A stretch of DNA of 32,000 nt from Nitrosospira multiformis ATCC 25196. GTDB lineage: Bacteria; Pseudomonadota; Gammaproteobacteria; Burkholderiales; Nitrosomonadaceae. Location: positions 1,080,001 to 1,112,000 of the forward strand of contig NC_007614.1 of assembly GCF_000196355.1 (NCBI RefSeq), written 5' to 3'. Both the position numbers and the translations under genes were made by a program. This document shows positions 7,828 through 18,571 of this stretch, piece by piece (position 1 is the first letter of the stretch; each line of letters opens with the position of its first letter). Under the pieces are notes generated by a model, which saw only the letters and a program-made list of their open reading frames with translations, had not been told where the DNA came from and made no database searches.

Positions 7828-9342
7828 ATGCCTGTAGAGGAAAGCCGCGGCGCCGTCGTCCCTCCCGCTCCTCCTGCTTCTGCTCCTGGCGTTGTGCTCG
7901 TCACCGGCGACAAGCTTCATCGCAGCATGAGCGTATGGAACAGCTTTACGCTCGGCTTCGCGGTTGTTTCCCCCGTGGTAGGGCTTTACGCCATCATCAG
8001 CGTTCAGACCACTGTGACAGGAGGCGGATGGTTTGGCGCGCTGGCTACCTGTCTCGTCATGCAGCTGCTCGTGGCCACGGTCTACGCCGAGCTGTCTTCA
8101 CAATTCCCCATTGCAGGGGGCGCATACAAATGGGCGCGCCAACTTGGAGGGGTGACTACCGGGCAATTTGCCGGTGTCATCTACGTCAGTTCCACTATTG
8201 CCATGCTCACCACCACCGCCTATACGGGTGGTGTCTGGCTTGCCCTGTTTTTTGGAGCCGAGAGCGAAACCGGCTCCGCATTCGTGATCTGGGGCGCAGT
8301 ATTCCTCCTCCTGTGTACCATTATCAATCTGGTTAACGTCAATATCTTCAAGCTGGTCATCACAATGGGAGTTTATGCGGAAGTTGTCGGCTCCCTGGGC
8401 GTGGCGCTGCTACTGTTCCTGTTTTTCAGGCAGCATTCTTTTTCCGAACTGTTCCAGCATCTCGGCACGGGCACCGCGCCAGACCAGTTATCCGCGTTTC
8501 TTGCAGCGCTGGCGATCGCCGGATGGGCATTCATCGGTTTTGATGCCTGCTCCACCATCGCGGAGGAAACGCACGAACCCAAGAGGATGGTGCCGCGCGC
8601 CGTCTTCTTCTCTTTATGCATGGTGGGATCGGTGGTGCTTTTCAACTCCGCCGCACTGACACTGGCGTTCGATCGCGAGGCACTGATTGCTGCGAGTGCC
8701 ACTTCCGATCCGATTACGCCTGTGATTACCGGCAGTTTTGGCGAGTGGGCGGAAAAGCCATTCTTAGCGATCGTCATGGTCGCATTCCTGGCTTGCGGCG
8801 CCTCGGTGGTGAAATATACCTCGCGTATCGTGTATTCCATGGCCCGCGAAGGCCATATGCCCGCTGTTCTCAGCCGGCTGGGGCCCGACAAGACGCCCCG
8901 TAACGCCGTTATCTGTACCGTATCGCTGGCAGGATTGGGATTGCTGTTCGGATTGAATGATGGCGCCGTGGCTACCGTGATTGCCTTCGGCACGGGGGGG
9001 CTTTACGCCATGTTTTCCATGACGACCGGCGTGGGTTTATTCACGCGGCTTACCGGGCGCTGGAATCCGGCATTGGGTGAGTTGAAGCTTGGCGTCTGGG
9101 GGTTGCTGATCAACACAGCCGCTTTTATCTGGTCTGTATTCGAACTTGTCAATATTGCCTGGCCGCGTCCCTATGCAGCGGCTCCCGATGCCCCGTGGTG
9201 GCAGCTTTGGGCGGTACCCCTGGTGCTGGGCAGCATTCTCGGCATTACGGCCCTGTATATCCTGATAAACAAGATGCGTAAAAAATCCACTTCACACAGC
9301 ATGCAGAGGGAAGCGAAAACACCGCATCGATCTACGAATTGA
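7828..9342 (+). CDS. APC-superfamily permease, likely guanidine/urea-derivative importer of the operon
   Basis: 504 aa polytopic; SVWNSFTLGFAVVSPVVGLYAI, GGGWFGALATCLVMQLLVATVYAELSSQFPIAGGAYKWARQL, AGWAFIGFDACSTIAEETHEPKRMVPRAV. Directly follows the riboswitch leader. Confidence 0.88.
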   Translation: MPVEESRGAVVPPAPPASAPGVVLVTGDKLHRSMSVWNSFTLGFAVVSPVVGLYAIISVQTTVTGGGWFGALATCLVMQLLVATVYAELSSQFPIAGGAYKWARQLGGVTTGQFAGVIYVSSTIAMLTTTAYTGGVWLALFFGAESETGSAFVIWGAVFLLLCTIINLVNVNIFKLVITMGVYAEVVGSLGVALLLFLFFRQHSFSELFQHLGTGTAPDQLSAFLAALAIAGWAFIGFDACSTIAEETHEPKRMVPRAVFFSLCMVGSVVLFNSAALTLAFDREALIAASATSDPITPVITGSFGEWAEKPFLAIVMVAFLACGASVVKYTSRIVYSMAREGHMPAVLSRLGPDKTPRNAVICTVSLAGLGLLFGLNDGAVATVIAFGTGGLYAMFSMTTGVGLFTRLTGRWNPALGELKLGVWGLLINTAAFIWSVFELVNIAWPRPYAAAPDAPWWQLWAVPLVLGSILGITALYILINKMRKKSTSHSMQREAKTPHRSTN

Positions 9343-9384
9343 GCTGATACACCTGAAAAACTATCGTGATGAGGAGAAAGAGAG

Positions 9385-10116
9385 ATGAATCAACCGGATG
9401 CATATTTGTGGGAACAACATATTCCCGGGGGCTGCCACTGGTCCGGCATTCTGCGGCGCGGTACCACGCTGCGCATGACGGATGTCAGCGGCGGCGCCAA
9501 TGCCTCGGTGTTGTTCTTCAATCAGGAAGAAAAACTGGAGCGCTACAACATGGCCGATACGCTCAAATCCCAGCACACCTTCCGCCTGACCAAGGGACAT
9601 GCCTGCCATTCGGATATGGGAAGGATATTCTGCTGCATTACCGCGGATAGCGCGGGTTGGCACGATACTGTCTGTGGCCTGAGCGATGCCGACCTGATAC
9701 GCCGGAAATACGGTACTGCACGGTATCAGGAGCACCGCAACCAGATGTTCCGCAATGGACTGGACGGCATGCTGATCGAGCTTGGAAAATGGGGTTTGGG
9801 TATGCGGGACGTCGTATCCAATATCAATTTCTTCAGCAAGGTGACCGCCAATTCAGCCGGTGAACTCACCTTCCACTCCGGCAACAGCAAAGCGGGAGAT
9901 CATGTGGATTTGAGTTTCGAAATGGATACGCTGGTGGTGTTATCCGCTGCGCCGCATCCTCTCGACCCCTCCACGACGTACCAGCCCGGTGCAGTCAATC
10001 TCGCTGCTTTTGCGACCCCATCCTCGGCGATTGCCGAATGCGCGCATATTTCCGAAAACCAGCGTGCCCGGCAAAACACTGAATGTTTATATGCTTGTCA
10101 TGGAGGTGCGGCATGA
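9385..10116 (+). CDS. DUF1989 / urea carboxylase-associated protein; putative carboxyguanidine deiminase subunit
   Basis: [67 protein letters not shown]; CG...WHDTVCG; SNINFFSKV. Adjacent paralog follows. Confidence 0.88.
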   Translation: MNQPDAYLWEQHIPGGCHWSGILRRGTTLRMTDVSGGANASVLFFNQEEKLERYNMADTLKSQHTFRLTKGHACHSDMGRIFCCITADSAGWHDTVCGLSDADLIRRKYGTARYQEHRNQMFRNGLDGMLIELGKWGLGMRDVVSNINFFSKVTANSAGELTFHSGNSKAGDHVDLSFEMDTLVVLSAAPHPLDPSTTYQPGAVNLAAFATPSSAIAECAHISENQRARQNTECLYACHGGAA

Positions 10117-10811
10117 ATGCGAATTTCAAGAACAAGAAGAGTTTTGTTGAAAGCATGTTCGATCCCGATGCGGCAGTAGTGGATGAAATCTGTCCCGCGG
10201 GAGAACCGTGGGTCAAGATCGTCAGGGAGGGGCAGATATTCCGGATTGTGGACCTGGAAGGCAACCAGGCCGTCGATACCCTGTTTTACAACGCTTCGCA
10301 CGCGGTGGAGCGCTATAGCGCAACCGATACCATACGCAGGCAGAAGAAAATCTATCTGACTACCGGCAGCAAGCTGTACTCGAATTATGGCAACGTAATG
10401 CTCACCATCGTTGCGGATACATGCGGACGGCATGACACCCTGGGAGGGGCATGCGCGGCGGAGAGCAATACAGTGCGGTATGCGCTGGAGAAATTTCCCA
10501 TGCACAGTTGCCGCGATAACTTTCTGCACGCGCTGGCGCATGAACCGGAGTGCCAGCAGCTGGGTATCAGCAAACGCGATATTCCGAGCAATATCAATTT
10601 CTTCATGAACGTGCCGGTGACGGAAGAGGGTGGCCTGGAATTCGTGGATGGCGTGTCCGCGCCTGGCAAATACGTGGAAATGAAGGCCGAAATGGATGTG
10701 GTGGTACTGATTTCGAACTGCCCGCAATTGAACAATCCATGCAACGCCTACAATCCCACCCCCATTCGATTGCTGGTCTGGGACGACCCCAGTGAGATGA
10801 GCTTTACATAG
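10113..10811 (+). CDS. DUF1989 / urea carboxylase-associated protein; second putative carboxyguanidine deiminase subunit
   Basis: Paralog of upstream ORF: [87 protein letters not shown] overlap with the upstream stop; the tracked start at 10083 is probably too far upstream. Confidence 0.88.
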   Translation: MNANFKNKKSFVESMFDPDAAVVDEICPAGEPWVKIVREGQIFRIVDLEGNQAVDTLFYNASHAVERYSATDTIRRQKKIYLTTGSKLYSNYGNVMLTIVADTCGRHDTLGGACAAESNTVRYALEKFPMHSCRDNFLHALAHEPECQQLGISKRDIPSNINFFMNVPVTEEGGLEFVDGVSAPGKYVEMKAEMDVVVLISNCPQLNNPCNAYNPTPIRLLVWDDPSEMSFT

Positions 10812-10856
10812 TCCAGTTTCTATCCCGGCCGTTTTTCACTCAACCGAGAATAAATC

Positions 10857-13800
10857 ATGTTTGAAAAAGTATTGATAGCCAATCGCGGCGCCATTGCTTG
10901 TCGGATTATCCGCACTCTACGGCGTATGGGGGTAAAGAGCGTTGCCATCTATACCGAAGCAGATGCGTTATCCCGGCATGTGATCGAAGCCGATGAAGCC
11001 TACTGCATAGGCAGTGGAGTCGCCGCGGAAAGCTATCTGCGCGCCGAAAAGATCCTGGAGGTTGCGAGCCATGCGGGGGCAAATGCAATTCATCCAGGAT
11101 ATGGCTTCCTCAGTGAGAAAGCTGAATTTGCCGAGCAATGCGCTGACCATGGTATTTCCTTCATTGGCCCCACTCCCCATCAGATGCGCGCGTTCGGCTT
11201 GAAGCACACGGCGCGCAAACTGGCGCTGCAGAACCGGGTACCGCTGCTGCCGGGCACAGGCTTGCTCGAAGACCTGGATGAGGCCTTGCGCCAGGCAGCT
11301 CATATCGGTTACCCGGTCATGCTGAAAAGCACGGCGGGAGGGGGCGGCATAGGCATACGTTTGTGCTGGAACAAGGAAGAGTTGAGTGCAAACTACGAAT
11401 TGGTGAAATACCTCGCGCAGAACAATTTCAAGGACGCCGGCCTGTTTCTCGAAAAATATGTGGAGAAGGCGCGCCATATCGAGGTGCAGATATTCGGTGA
11501 CGGCAAGGGTGGGGTGATCGCACTGGGGGAGCGCGACTGCTCGATGCAGCGGCGTAACCAAAAGGTGATCGAAGAAACCCCGGCCCCCGATCTGCCGCCA
11601 CGCGTGCGCCAGGCGTTGCTGAATGCCGCGGTACGTTTGGGCAAGTCAGTCAATTACCAGTCTGCGGGTACGGTGGAGTATATTTTCGATGCCTCCGCTG
11701 CAGAATTTTATTTCCTGGAAGTGAATACGCGGCTGCAGGTCGAGCACGGGGTAACTGAGGAAGTGACCGGTATCGACTTGGTGGAATGGATGGTTCGGCA
11801 AGCCGCCGGAGACTTGCCCCCTCTCGATTCATTCGATATCCAGCCGCAGGGGGCCTCCCTCCAGGTACGCGTGTACGCCGAGAACGCGGTCAAAGATTTT
11901 CAACCTTCCTGCGGTATTCTCACCGCCGCAGAGTTTCCGCCTCCGTCCGCGGCACGCGTGGAAACCTGGGTGGAACGCGGCGTCGAGGTCTCGCCATTTT
12001 ATGATCCTATGCTGGCAAAAATCATCGTGCATGCGCCGGACCGGGAGCAGGCCATTGCGCGGCTGCTGCAAGCCCTGGACGTGACGGCATTGCACGGAGT
12101 GGAAACCAACGTCGGTTATCTCAGGCAGACTCTACGCAGCGATGCGTTTCGAAGCGCCCAACACACGACCAGCTTTCTGAACACTTTTCGTTATGCCGCC
12201 CATACGATCGATGTTCTCAGTCCGGGTGTACAGACTACGGTGCAGGATTATCCCGGGCGGACAGGATACTGGAGTATCGGCGTGCCGCCATCGGGACCGA
12301 TGGATGGTCTGGCGTTCCGCCTGGCCAATCGTCTCGTCGATAACAGCGAGGATAAGGCGGGGTTGGAGATTACGCTTTCCGGTCCGACGCTGCACTTCAA
12401 CTGTGACAGCGTTATTGCGGTGTGCGGTGCGCCGATGGAGGTGCGCCTGGATGGTGAGCCGCTTGCCTATTGGCGAGCGCATCGCGTCAAGGCCGGTTCG
12501 TTGTTGCAGTTCGGCAAACTCGTAAATCATGGGTGCCGCGCTTATCTGGCGGTGCAAGGAGGAATTCGGGTTCCCGATTATCTGGGCAGCAAATCCACAT
12601 TCACCCTCGGGCACTTCGGGGGGCATGCAGGCCGCACGCTCCTCACCGGCGACGTGCTGCATATCTTTGAAGCCAGAAAAGACGGTAATGGCGGATTTGA
12701 GCAGGAACTGCCGGATGAATTGGTACCGCCCTACACCGACAGCTGGAAAATAGGGGTGTTGTACGGGCCGCACGGGGCGCCGGATTTTTTCACGGAGCAG
12801 GATATCGAAACCTTCTTCGCCACGGATTGGGAAGTGCATTACAACTCCAATCGCACCGGCGTGCGGCTGATCGGCCCCAAGCCCCATTGGGCGCGCAGTG
12901 ACGGCGGCGAAGCAGGACTGCATCCCTCCAATATCCACGACAACGCCTATGCCGTAGGTACCGTGGATTTTACGGGAGATATGCCTGTGATACTTGGTCC
13001 CGATGGCCCCAGCCTTGGCGGCTTCGTGTGCCCGGTTACCATCATCCAGGCTGAATTTTGGAAGATGGGACAGCTCAAGCCGGGTGATCGCGTGCGCTTC
13101 CACAGGATGTCGATGGAGCAGGCGCTGGGGCTGGAGTTGCAGCAGGATGCAAGGATAAAAGACCTCCGGGTCCCGCAAAACGTTTCATCCGAGGGGGAGC
13201 AGGACGCAACCGACGCATCCATGCCTGTGCTCCACTTCATCCCGCAAAGCGACGGCCATGTACAGGTGGTATATCGCCAGGCAGGCGATAAAAATCTGCT
13301 GGTCGAGTATGGTCCCCTCGAGCTCGATCTCAATTTGCGCTTCCGTGCGCACGCCCTGATGGATTGGGTGCAGAAAACGTGCAATGACGGAGAACTGAAA
13401 GGCATTCTGGATCTGACACCCGGCATCCGTTCGCTGCAAGTGCATTTCGATTCCCGCGTACTCCCACGCGATAAGCTGCTGGAAATGCTGGTCAGCGCGG
13501 AAAAGAAATTACCCGATATCGATGATATGGAGGTCCCGGCACGCGTCGTCCATCTTCCACTGTCATGGGACGATGGTGCCACCCGCCTGGCGATAGAAAA
13601 GTACATGCAGTCGGTGCGCAGCGATGCACCCTGGTGCCCCAGCAATATCGAGTTCATCCGCCGGATCAACGGCCTCGACAGCATCGAGGAAGTGCAGCAC
13701 ATCCTGTTTTCTGCGAATTATCTTGTCATGGGACTGGGTGACGTCTATCTCGGTGCGCCGGTTGCCACGCCCGTGGATCCGCGTCATCGGCTGGTGACCA

Positions 13801-14495
13801 CGAAGTATAATCCTGCGCGTACCTGGACGCCCGAGAATGCGGTTGGCATAGGGGGGGCCTATTTGTGCATATACGGGATGGAAGGTCCCGGAGGTTACCA
13901 GTTTGTGGGCCGCACGGTGCAGATGTGGAACCGGTACCTCCAGACAGCCGACTTCAAGGAAGGAAAACCCTGGCTGCTGCGTTTCTTTGACCAGATTCGT
14001 TTCTATCCGGTTAGCGAAAGCGAACTGCTCAAGTTGCGCAAGGATTTCATTACCGGACACTTCAAGCTGAAGATCGAGGAGACAACATTCAGTTTGAAAC
14101 AGTACAACGCTTTCCTGAAAGAAAATGCGGGATCCATCAGCGCTTTCAAAGCAAAGCAGCAGGCTGCGTTTGAAGCCGAGCGTGAACGCTGGAAGGCCCA
14201 AGGCAAGGCTGAGTACGTGAGCGAGGTTACACTCGAGGAAGCAGATGCGCAGAGCGAACTGGATTTGCCCGCTGATTCCCAGATTGTCAGTGCGCATGTA
14301 ACCGGCACGGTATGGAAACTGCTCGTCAAGGAAGGGCAGCGTGTCGAAACGGGAGATCCAGTGGTAGTGGTGGAGTCCATGAAAATGGAATTCTCTGTGG
14401 AGACACCGGTCAGCGGTAGGGTACGACAGCTATTCTGCAAGGAGGGGAGCCATATATCCGCCGGGCAGATGTTGCTTATCGTTCAGGAGGAATGA
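10857..14495 (+). CDS. Biotin-dependent urea/guanidine carboxylase, 1212 aa
   Basis: Biotin carboxylase domain ([47 protein letters not shown]), central carboxyltransferase domain ([23 protein letters not shown]), C-terminal biotinyl domain ([12 protein letters not shown]). Riboswitch and DUF1989 context favour guanidine carboxylase. Confidence 0.95.
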   Translation: MFEKVLIANRGAIACRIIRTLRRMGVKSVAIYTEADALSRHVIEADEAYCIGSGVAAESYLRAEKILEVASHAGANAIHPGYGFLSEKAEFAEQCADHGISFIGPTPHQMRAFGLKHTARKLALQNRVPLLPGTGLLEDLDEALRQAAHIGYPVMLKSTAGGGGIGIRLCWNKEELSANYELVKYLAQNNFKDAGLFLEKYVEKARHIEVQIFGDGKGGVIALGERDCSMQRRNQKVIEETPAPDLPPRVRQALLNAAVRLGKSVNYQSAGTVEYIFDASAAEFYFLEVNTRLQVEHGVTEEVTGIDLVEWMVRQAAGDLPPLDSFDIQPQGASLQVRVYAENAVKDFQPSCGILTAAEFPPPSAARVETWVERGVEVSPFYDPMLAKIIVHAPDREQAIARLLQALDVTALHGVETNVGYLRQTLRSDAFRSAQHTTSFLNTFRYAAHTIDVLSPGVQTTVQDYPGRTGYWSIGVPPSGPMDGLAFRLANRLVDNSEDKAGLEITLSGPTLHFNCDSVIAVCGAPMEVRLDGEPLAYWRAHRVKAGSLLQFGKLVNHGCRAYLAVQGGIRVPDYLGSKSTFTLGHFGGHAGRTLLTGDVLHIFEARKDGNGGFEQELPDELVPPYTDSWKIGVLYGPHGAPDFFTEQDIETFFATDWEVHYNSNRTGVRLIGPKPHWARSDGGEAGLHPSNIHDNAYAVGTVDFTGDMPVILGPDGPSLGGFVCPVTIIQAEFWKMGQLKPGDRVRFHRMSMEQALGLELQQDARIKDLRVPQNVSSEGEQDATDASMPVLHFIPQSDGHVQVVYRQAGDKNLLVEYGPLELDLNLRFRAHALMDWVQKTCNDGELKGILDLTPGIRSLQVHFDSRVLPRDKLLEMLVSAEKKLPDIDDMEVPARVVHLPLSWDDGATRLAIEKYMQSVRSDAPWCPSNIEFIRRINGLDSIEEVQHILFSANYLVMGLGDVYLGAPVATPVDPRHRLVTTKYNPARTWTPENAVGIGGAYLCIYGMEGPGGYQFVGRTVQMWNRYLQTADFKEGKPWLLRFFDQIRFYPVSESELLKLRKDFITGHFKLKIEETTFSLKQYNAFLKENAGSISAFKAKQQAAFEAERERWKAQGKAEYVSEVTLEEADAQSELDLPADSQIVSAHVTGTVWKLLVKEGQRVETGDPVVVVESMKMEFSVETPVSGRVRQLFCKEGSHISAGQMLLIVQEE

Positions 14496-16384
14496 ATATG
14501 AACAAGCTCGATCTCCTGGGCGATATCCCGTCCCTGCTGCAACGTTATGTCACTGGGGAACTGACTCCTACCGGGATGGTAGAGGCGGTGCATGCGCTGA
14601 TCCATGACGATCCCGACAACGTGTGGATACACAAGCTGCCGCTGGAATCTCTGCGGCAATATGCCCGGAAAGTGGAAGAAAGAGGCCTGGCTGCACTGCC
14701 TTTATATGGTGTTCCCTTCGCTATCAAGGATAATATCGATCTCGCGGGCGTTCCAACTACTGCGGCTTGCCCGGCGTTTGCCTACACACCGCCACGCAGC
14801 GCAACGGTGGTGCAGAGGCTGATCGACGCAGGCGCGATTCCCATCGGCAAGACCAATCTCGATCAGTTTGCCACCGGGTTGAATGGTACCCGCTCTCCCT
14901 ATGGCGTCTGCCGCAACGCCTTCAATCCCGAATACATCTCCGGCGGATCAAGCTCGGGTTCAGCAGTGGCTGTAGCGAAAGGCTGGGCATGTTTCAGCCT
15001 GGGAACCGATACCGCAGGCTCCGGCAGAGTACCCGCTGCCTTCAATAACCTTATCGGGCATAAACCCACCCGGGGTTGGCTTTCCACGCGCGGTGTCGTC
15101 CCCGCCTGCCGCTCGCTGGATTGCGTGTCCATCTTCGCCTTTACTGCTGCTGATGCGGAGCGAGTCCTCGAAGCAGCCGCAAGCTATGATGAGGAAGACA
15201 TCTATTCCCGCCAGAGAGGGAGCAGCGATGATCCTGCCTTGCAAAACCTTAGACAGCGTTTCCGTTCTGGCATACCGCCCCGGCAGCAATTGCAATTCTT
15301 TGGCAACTTGGAGAGTGCCAGGTTATTCGAGGAAGCAGTAACGCAACTGCAAGCATTGGGCGGTGAGGTCATCGAGATCGATTTTTCGCCCTTTCTGGAA
15401 GCAGCGCACCTGCTTTATGGGGGGCCATGGGTAGCCGAGCGTTATGCCGCCATTCAGCAATTTTTTGATCTGCATAGCGATGAGGTAATTTCGCCGGTAC
15501 AAGAGATCATTGCGGGCGCACACCGATTCTCGGCTGCAGATGCCTACAACGGCTTGTATCGCTTGCGTACGCTGAAACGTCAGGCTGACCGTATCTGGTC
15601 CGAAGTGGATTGCCTGTTGACGCCTACCGCTGGGACCATTTACCGCATAGAGGAAATGCTGGCAGACCCGATTCGGCTGAACACGAATCTGGGTTACTAC
15701 ACCAATTACATAAATCTGCTCGACTATTCAGCAGTGGCAGTGCCCGCCGGATTTCAGAAGGATGGATTGCCGTTTGGCGTAACCCTGGTGGCTCCAGCTC
15801 ATCAGGACGGCTCGCTGTTGCATCTTGCCGCACGTCTGCAACAGGTGTACGCGCTACCGCTGGGGGCTACCGATACTCCACTGGAAAAAGAAGTTTTGAC
15901 AGAAAAGGGATCTTTTCAACGACCGCCACCGCCGGAGCAACCAGCCCTCGTGCGTGTGGCGGTCTGCGGCGCGCATTTGTCCGGTCTGCCATTGAATCCT
16001 CAACTGACCAGCCGCAACGGACGCCTGGTAGCAAGTACCACAACCTCCCCCGACTACAAATTCTACGCGCTTCCCGGAATACCGCCGCTGCGTCCCGGAT
16101 TGGTGCGCGTGGATAAGAACGAGCGAGGAGCCGCGATTGAAGTCGAGGTGTGGGAACTGCCAGCAAGCGAATTCGGCAGCTTTGTGGCGGGCATACCTGC
16201 TCCGCTGGGAATCGGCACCATTACGCTCGCGGGGGGCGAATCCGTGCAGGGTTTCTTGTGCGAGGGCTACGCGGTAGGGGATGCAAGGGATATCAGTCAA
16301 TTCGGAGGATGGCGCCGCTATATGCAATCAACGGCTGATCCCATTGCAAGCGAAGAGGTGGTGCGCGAGGTGGATCCGGGATAA
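14492..16384 (+). CDS. atzF: Allophanate hydrolase (amidase-signature family)
   Basis: 630 aa; [75 protein letters not shown]-terminal AtzF_C-like domain. ATGA overlap with the carboxylase. Confidence 0.94.
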   Translation: MNMNKLDLLGDIPSLLQRYVTGELTPTGMVEAVHALIHDDPDNVWIHKLPLESLRQYARKVEERGLAALPLYGVPFAIKDNIDLAGVPTTAACPAFAYTPPRSATVVQRLIDAGAIPIGKTNLDQFATGLNGTRSPYGVCRNAFNPEYISGGSSSGSAVAVAKGWACFSLGTDTAGSGRVPAAFNNLIGHKPTRGWLSTRGVVPACRSLDCVSIFAFTAADAERVLEAAASYDEEDIYSRQRGSSDDPALQNLRQRFRSGIPPRQQLQFFGNLESARLFEEAVTQLQALGGEVIEIDFSPFLEAAHLLYGGPWVAERYAAIQQFFDLHSDEVISPVQEIIAGAHRFSAADAYNGLYRLRTLKRQADRIWSEVDCLLTPTAGTIYRIEEMLADPIRLNTNLGYYTNYINLLDYSAVAVPAGFQKDGLPFGVTLVAPAHQDGSLLHLAARLQQVYALPLGATDTPLEKEVLTEKGSFQRPPPPEQPALVRVAVCGAHLSGLPLNPQLTSRNGRLVASTTTSPDYKFYALPGIPPLRPGLVRVDKNERGAAIEVEVWELPASEFGSFVAGIPAPLGIGTITLAGGESVQGFLCEGYAVGDARDISQFGGWRRYMQSTADPIASEEVVREVDPG

Positions 16385-16534
16385 GGATGACGTATTCTTC
16401 CGCTCCCGGATGGGTTAGGTCCTATAGGTCCTCGCCTCGCCCATTCCTGCTCCGAAGCTGATGTACATCGGGAAGGAGCCATAAAAACAACAATATAGCC
16501 TGGCGTGAAGCTGGTATCCAGAATCCGCAGACGA

Positions 16535-17164
16535 TCATCCAAATATTCTCTTCCAGTTCACCAAGACAATCACGATAAAAAGGAACACCAGTGCCTGGGG
16601 CCAGTACTTGGCCACATAGTCTTTCCAGTCGGTTCCGACTTTGATCGGTATCTGTAACTCGAACTCGGTACCGCCAGGACGTTTACCATCGAGATAGAGT
16701 GCGTATTGTCCAACCGCATCAAACCTGAAAGCCTGAGTGAGAGTACCGGATGCATAGGCCTGCGGTGGTATTGACAGCAATTCCTGTTCCCCATTTTTGT
16801 CCGACAGTTTGATCAACCGAAGTGCCAGGGGAACATGACGAACAGATTCAGGATAAAGCAGATCCAGCGTCACATTAAGCGTGCCCGGGCTGGGCACTTT
16901 GCCACAGAGGACGGGAACCGCCTTGGCGCTGGTTGGGTCATCCGGTATTTCGTAGTCACTGGGGATGAAGTAGGCGGAATAGCCCACGAGCAGGGCATCG
17001 GTTTCGATGGTGCAGGTCCCGCCGCGATAGCCTTTTGGATAGGTTGAAGACCGATCTCCCTGAGAACTCACATGAAACTGTGCTCCCACCGCCACCATCA
17101 ACGCCACAAATCCTGTTACAACCAGAAGCCGCATACGCGGCGGCAATCTACGCCAAAAATCCAT
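16535..17164 (-). CDS. Conserved hypothetical membrane-anchored protein
   Basis: 209 aa with N-terminal TM (LLVVTGFVALMVAVGAQ) and C-terminal TM (YWPQALVFLFIVIVLVNW) around a periplasmic-like domain. Confidence 0.65.
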   Translation of the reverse strand: MDFWRRLPPRMRLLVVTGFVALMVAVGAQFHVSSQGDRSSTYPKGYRGGTCTIETDALLVGYSAYFIPSDYEIPDDPTSAKAVPVLCGKVPSPGTLNVTLDLLYPESVRHVPLALRLIKLSDKNGEQELLSIPPQAYASGTLTQAFRFDAVGQYALYLDGKRPGGTEFELQIPIKVGTDWKDYVAKYWPQALVFLFIVIVLVNWKRIFG

Positions 17165-17314
17165 GCCATTTTCCTGTTCGATGCTCTGGATGTTCCAGTG
17201 TACGTGGCGGTTGTTTAAGTCACAATTAGTATTCTGCTTTGACCCGGTTCAACAATAGACAGTTGACAGTCGTAACAGAGATGGATCACAAGCGTGGGGC
17301 TCTTCCAGCTCTTG

Positions 17315-18019
17315 CTACTGCAAGTCTGGATAATATTGCATCTTGATGCGGTCAATATAGTCTCCGAGATTTTCCTTCGATAAGCCATATTCCTTGAGCG
17401 GGGACTCGATGGGGCAAGCGATGGTATTGATCAGGAAGCCGAAGGCGCTGGCGTCCAGCGTGGTGGGTTGATCCCCGAGAAAATATTTTTTGTCGCCAAG
17501 GCATGCAGAGAGCGCGTCTATATCCTGCATCCCGAGTTCAAAAATCTCTTCGGGTTTATGGCGCCCCATGCCGTGCCCATAAATTTGACGCCGAATCCTG
17601 TAGCGGTAGATAACTGCTGCGACATCCCGGATTGCTGGGGGCAAGACGTCAAAGATGGCTTTCTTGTTGACCTGCCAGTTCACATCCGTATACTGCCAGC
17701 GGGTATACATGGTTGCCCAGAAAAGATGTTCTTCGATCAGGCGCTGCATTGCGAGGGACAGTGCAATCTCTGCGGGATTCAATCCTTCGTCAAGGTCTTT
17801 ATACCTGTTTTTGAGATGCCGGATGATGAAGCGGGAATCCGCCAATTTGATGTTTCCATCTTTTATATACGGCAATTTACCCTTTGGCGCAAATAGTGGA
17901 AGCGTCGTTTTGATTGCATATTCAATCCCTGCCATACGCAAATACGTCTCTGTTTTGCAACAGAAATGACTTAAATTCGGATTACCCCAGGTGCGCTCAA
18001 ACTGGTACAGTATCAACAT
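17315..18019 (-). CDS. Glutathione S-transferase-like protein (metaxin/FAX-like)
   Basis: LSHFCCKTETYLRMAGIEYAIKTTLPLFAPKGKLPYIKDGNIKLADSRFIIRHL, then GDKKYFLGDQPTTLDASAFGFLINTI. Confidence 0.78.
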   Translation of the reverse strand: MLILYQFERTWGNPNLSHFCCKTETYLRMAGIEYAIKTTLPLFAPKGKLPYIKDGNIKLADSRFIIRHLKNRYKDLDEGLNPAEIALSLAMQRLIEEHLFWATMYTRWQYTDVNWQVNKKAIFDVLPPAIRDVAAVIYRYRIRRQIYGHGMGRHKPEEIFELGMQDIDALSACLGDKKYFLGDQPTTLDASAFGFLINTIACPIESPLKEYGLSKENLGDYIDRIKMQYYPDLQ

Positions 18020-18148
18020 GGCTGTTCCCCATCTTGTTAGTCAGCATTCCTCTCATCAGCTCGTCTTGGCATGGGCCTGCAGCCTAACCTACTATGTTGC
18101 GAATTGCAAGTGACTATAATAAGTTATGGGTGGAGGAAGGAGAAAGCT

Positions 18149-18571
18149 GTGACAGGGGGTGCGGAAGCCGGTGATGGCATAATATTCAAGCGCTCCTCAT
18201 GTCCCATTACCAATGGATTGAATATTTTTGGCGACAAATGGACGCTTCTGGTCATTCGCGACCTGGTGCTCGGTAAACGCCGTTATGCCGATTTTATCTC
18301 TTCGCCGGAAAATATCGCCTCGAACATCCTTGCCGATCGCTTGAAGAGACTGGAGACGGCGGGCCTCGTCTGCCGGCGGGTATATCAACAGAAACCCGTT
18401 CGCTACGAATACGTTCTCACAGAGAAGGGCAATGATCTCAAGCCCGTTCTGGAAGCAATAAGCAGATGGGGCAAGAAGCACTGTCCTGGCACCGATGTGT
18501 TTCGCCCTGTCGATCCACCCGCATTACCAGTTTCAAAAACAGGAAGTACAAATAGCGATTTTAATGATTGA
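18149..18571 (+). CDS. HxlR-family winged-helix transcriptional regulator
   Basis: CPITNGLNIFGDKWTLLVIRDLVLGKRRYADFISSPENIASNILADRLKRLETAGLV...YVLTEKGNDLKPVLEAISRWGKKH. Proposed GTG start at 18149; the track starts it at 18071. Confidence 0.85.
   Translation: MTGGAEAGDGIIFKRSSCPITNGLNIFGDKWTLLVIRDLVLGKRRYADFISSPENIASNILADRLKRLETAGLVCRRVYQQKPVRYEYVLTEKGNDLKPVLEAISRWGKKHCPGTDVFRPVDPPALPVSKTGSTNSDFND

Noticed and set aside
12132-13702. Long minus-strand ORFs (348 and 251 aa) inside the carboxylase
   Set aside because: Entirely antisense to a well-conserved 1212-aa carboxylase with biotin-binding motif; shadow ORFs.
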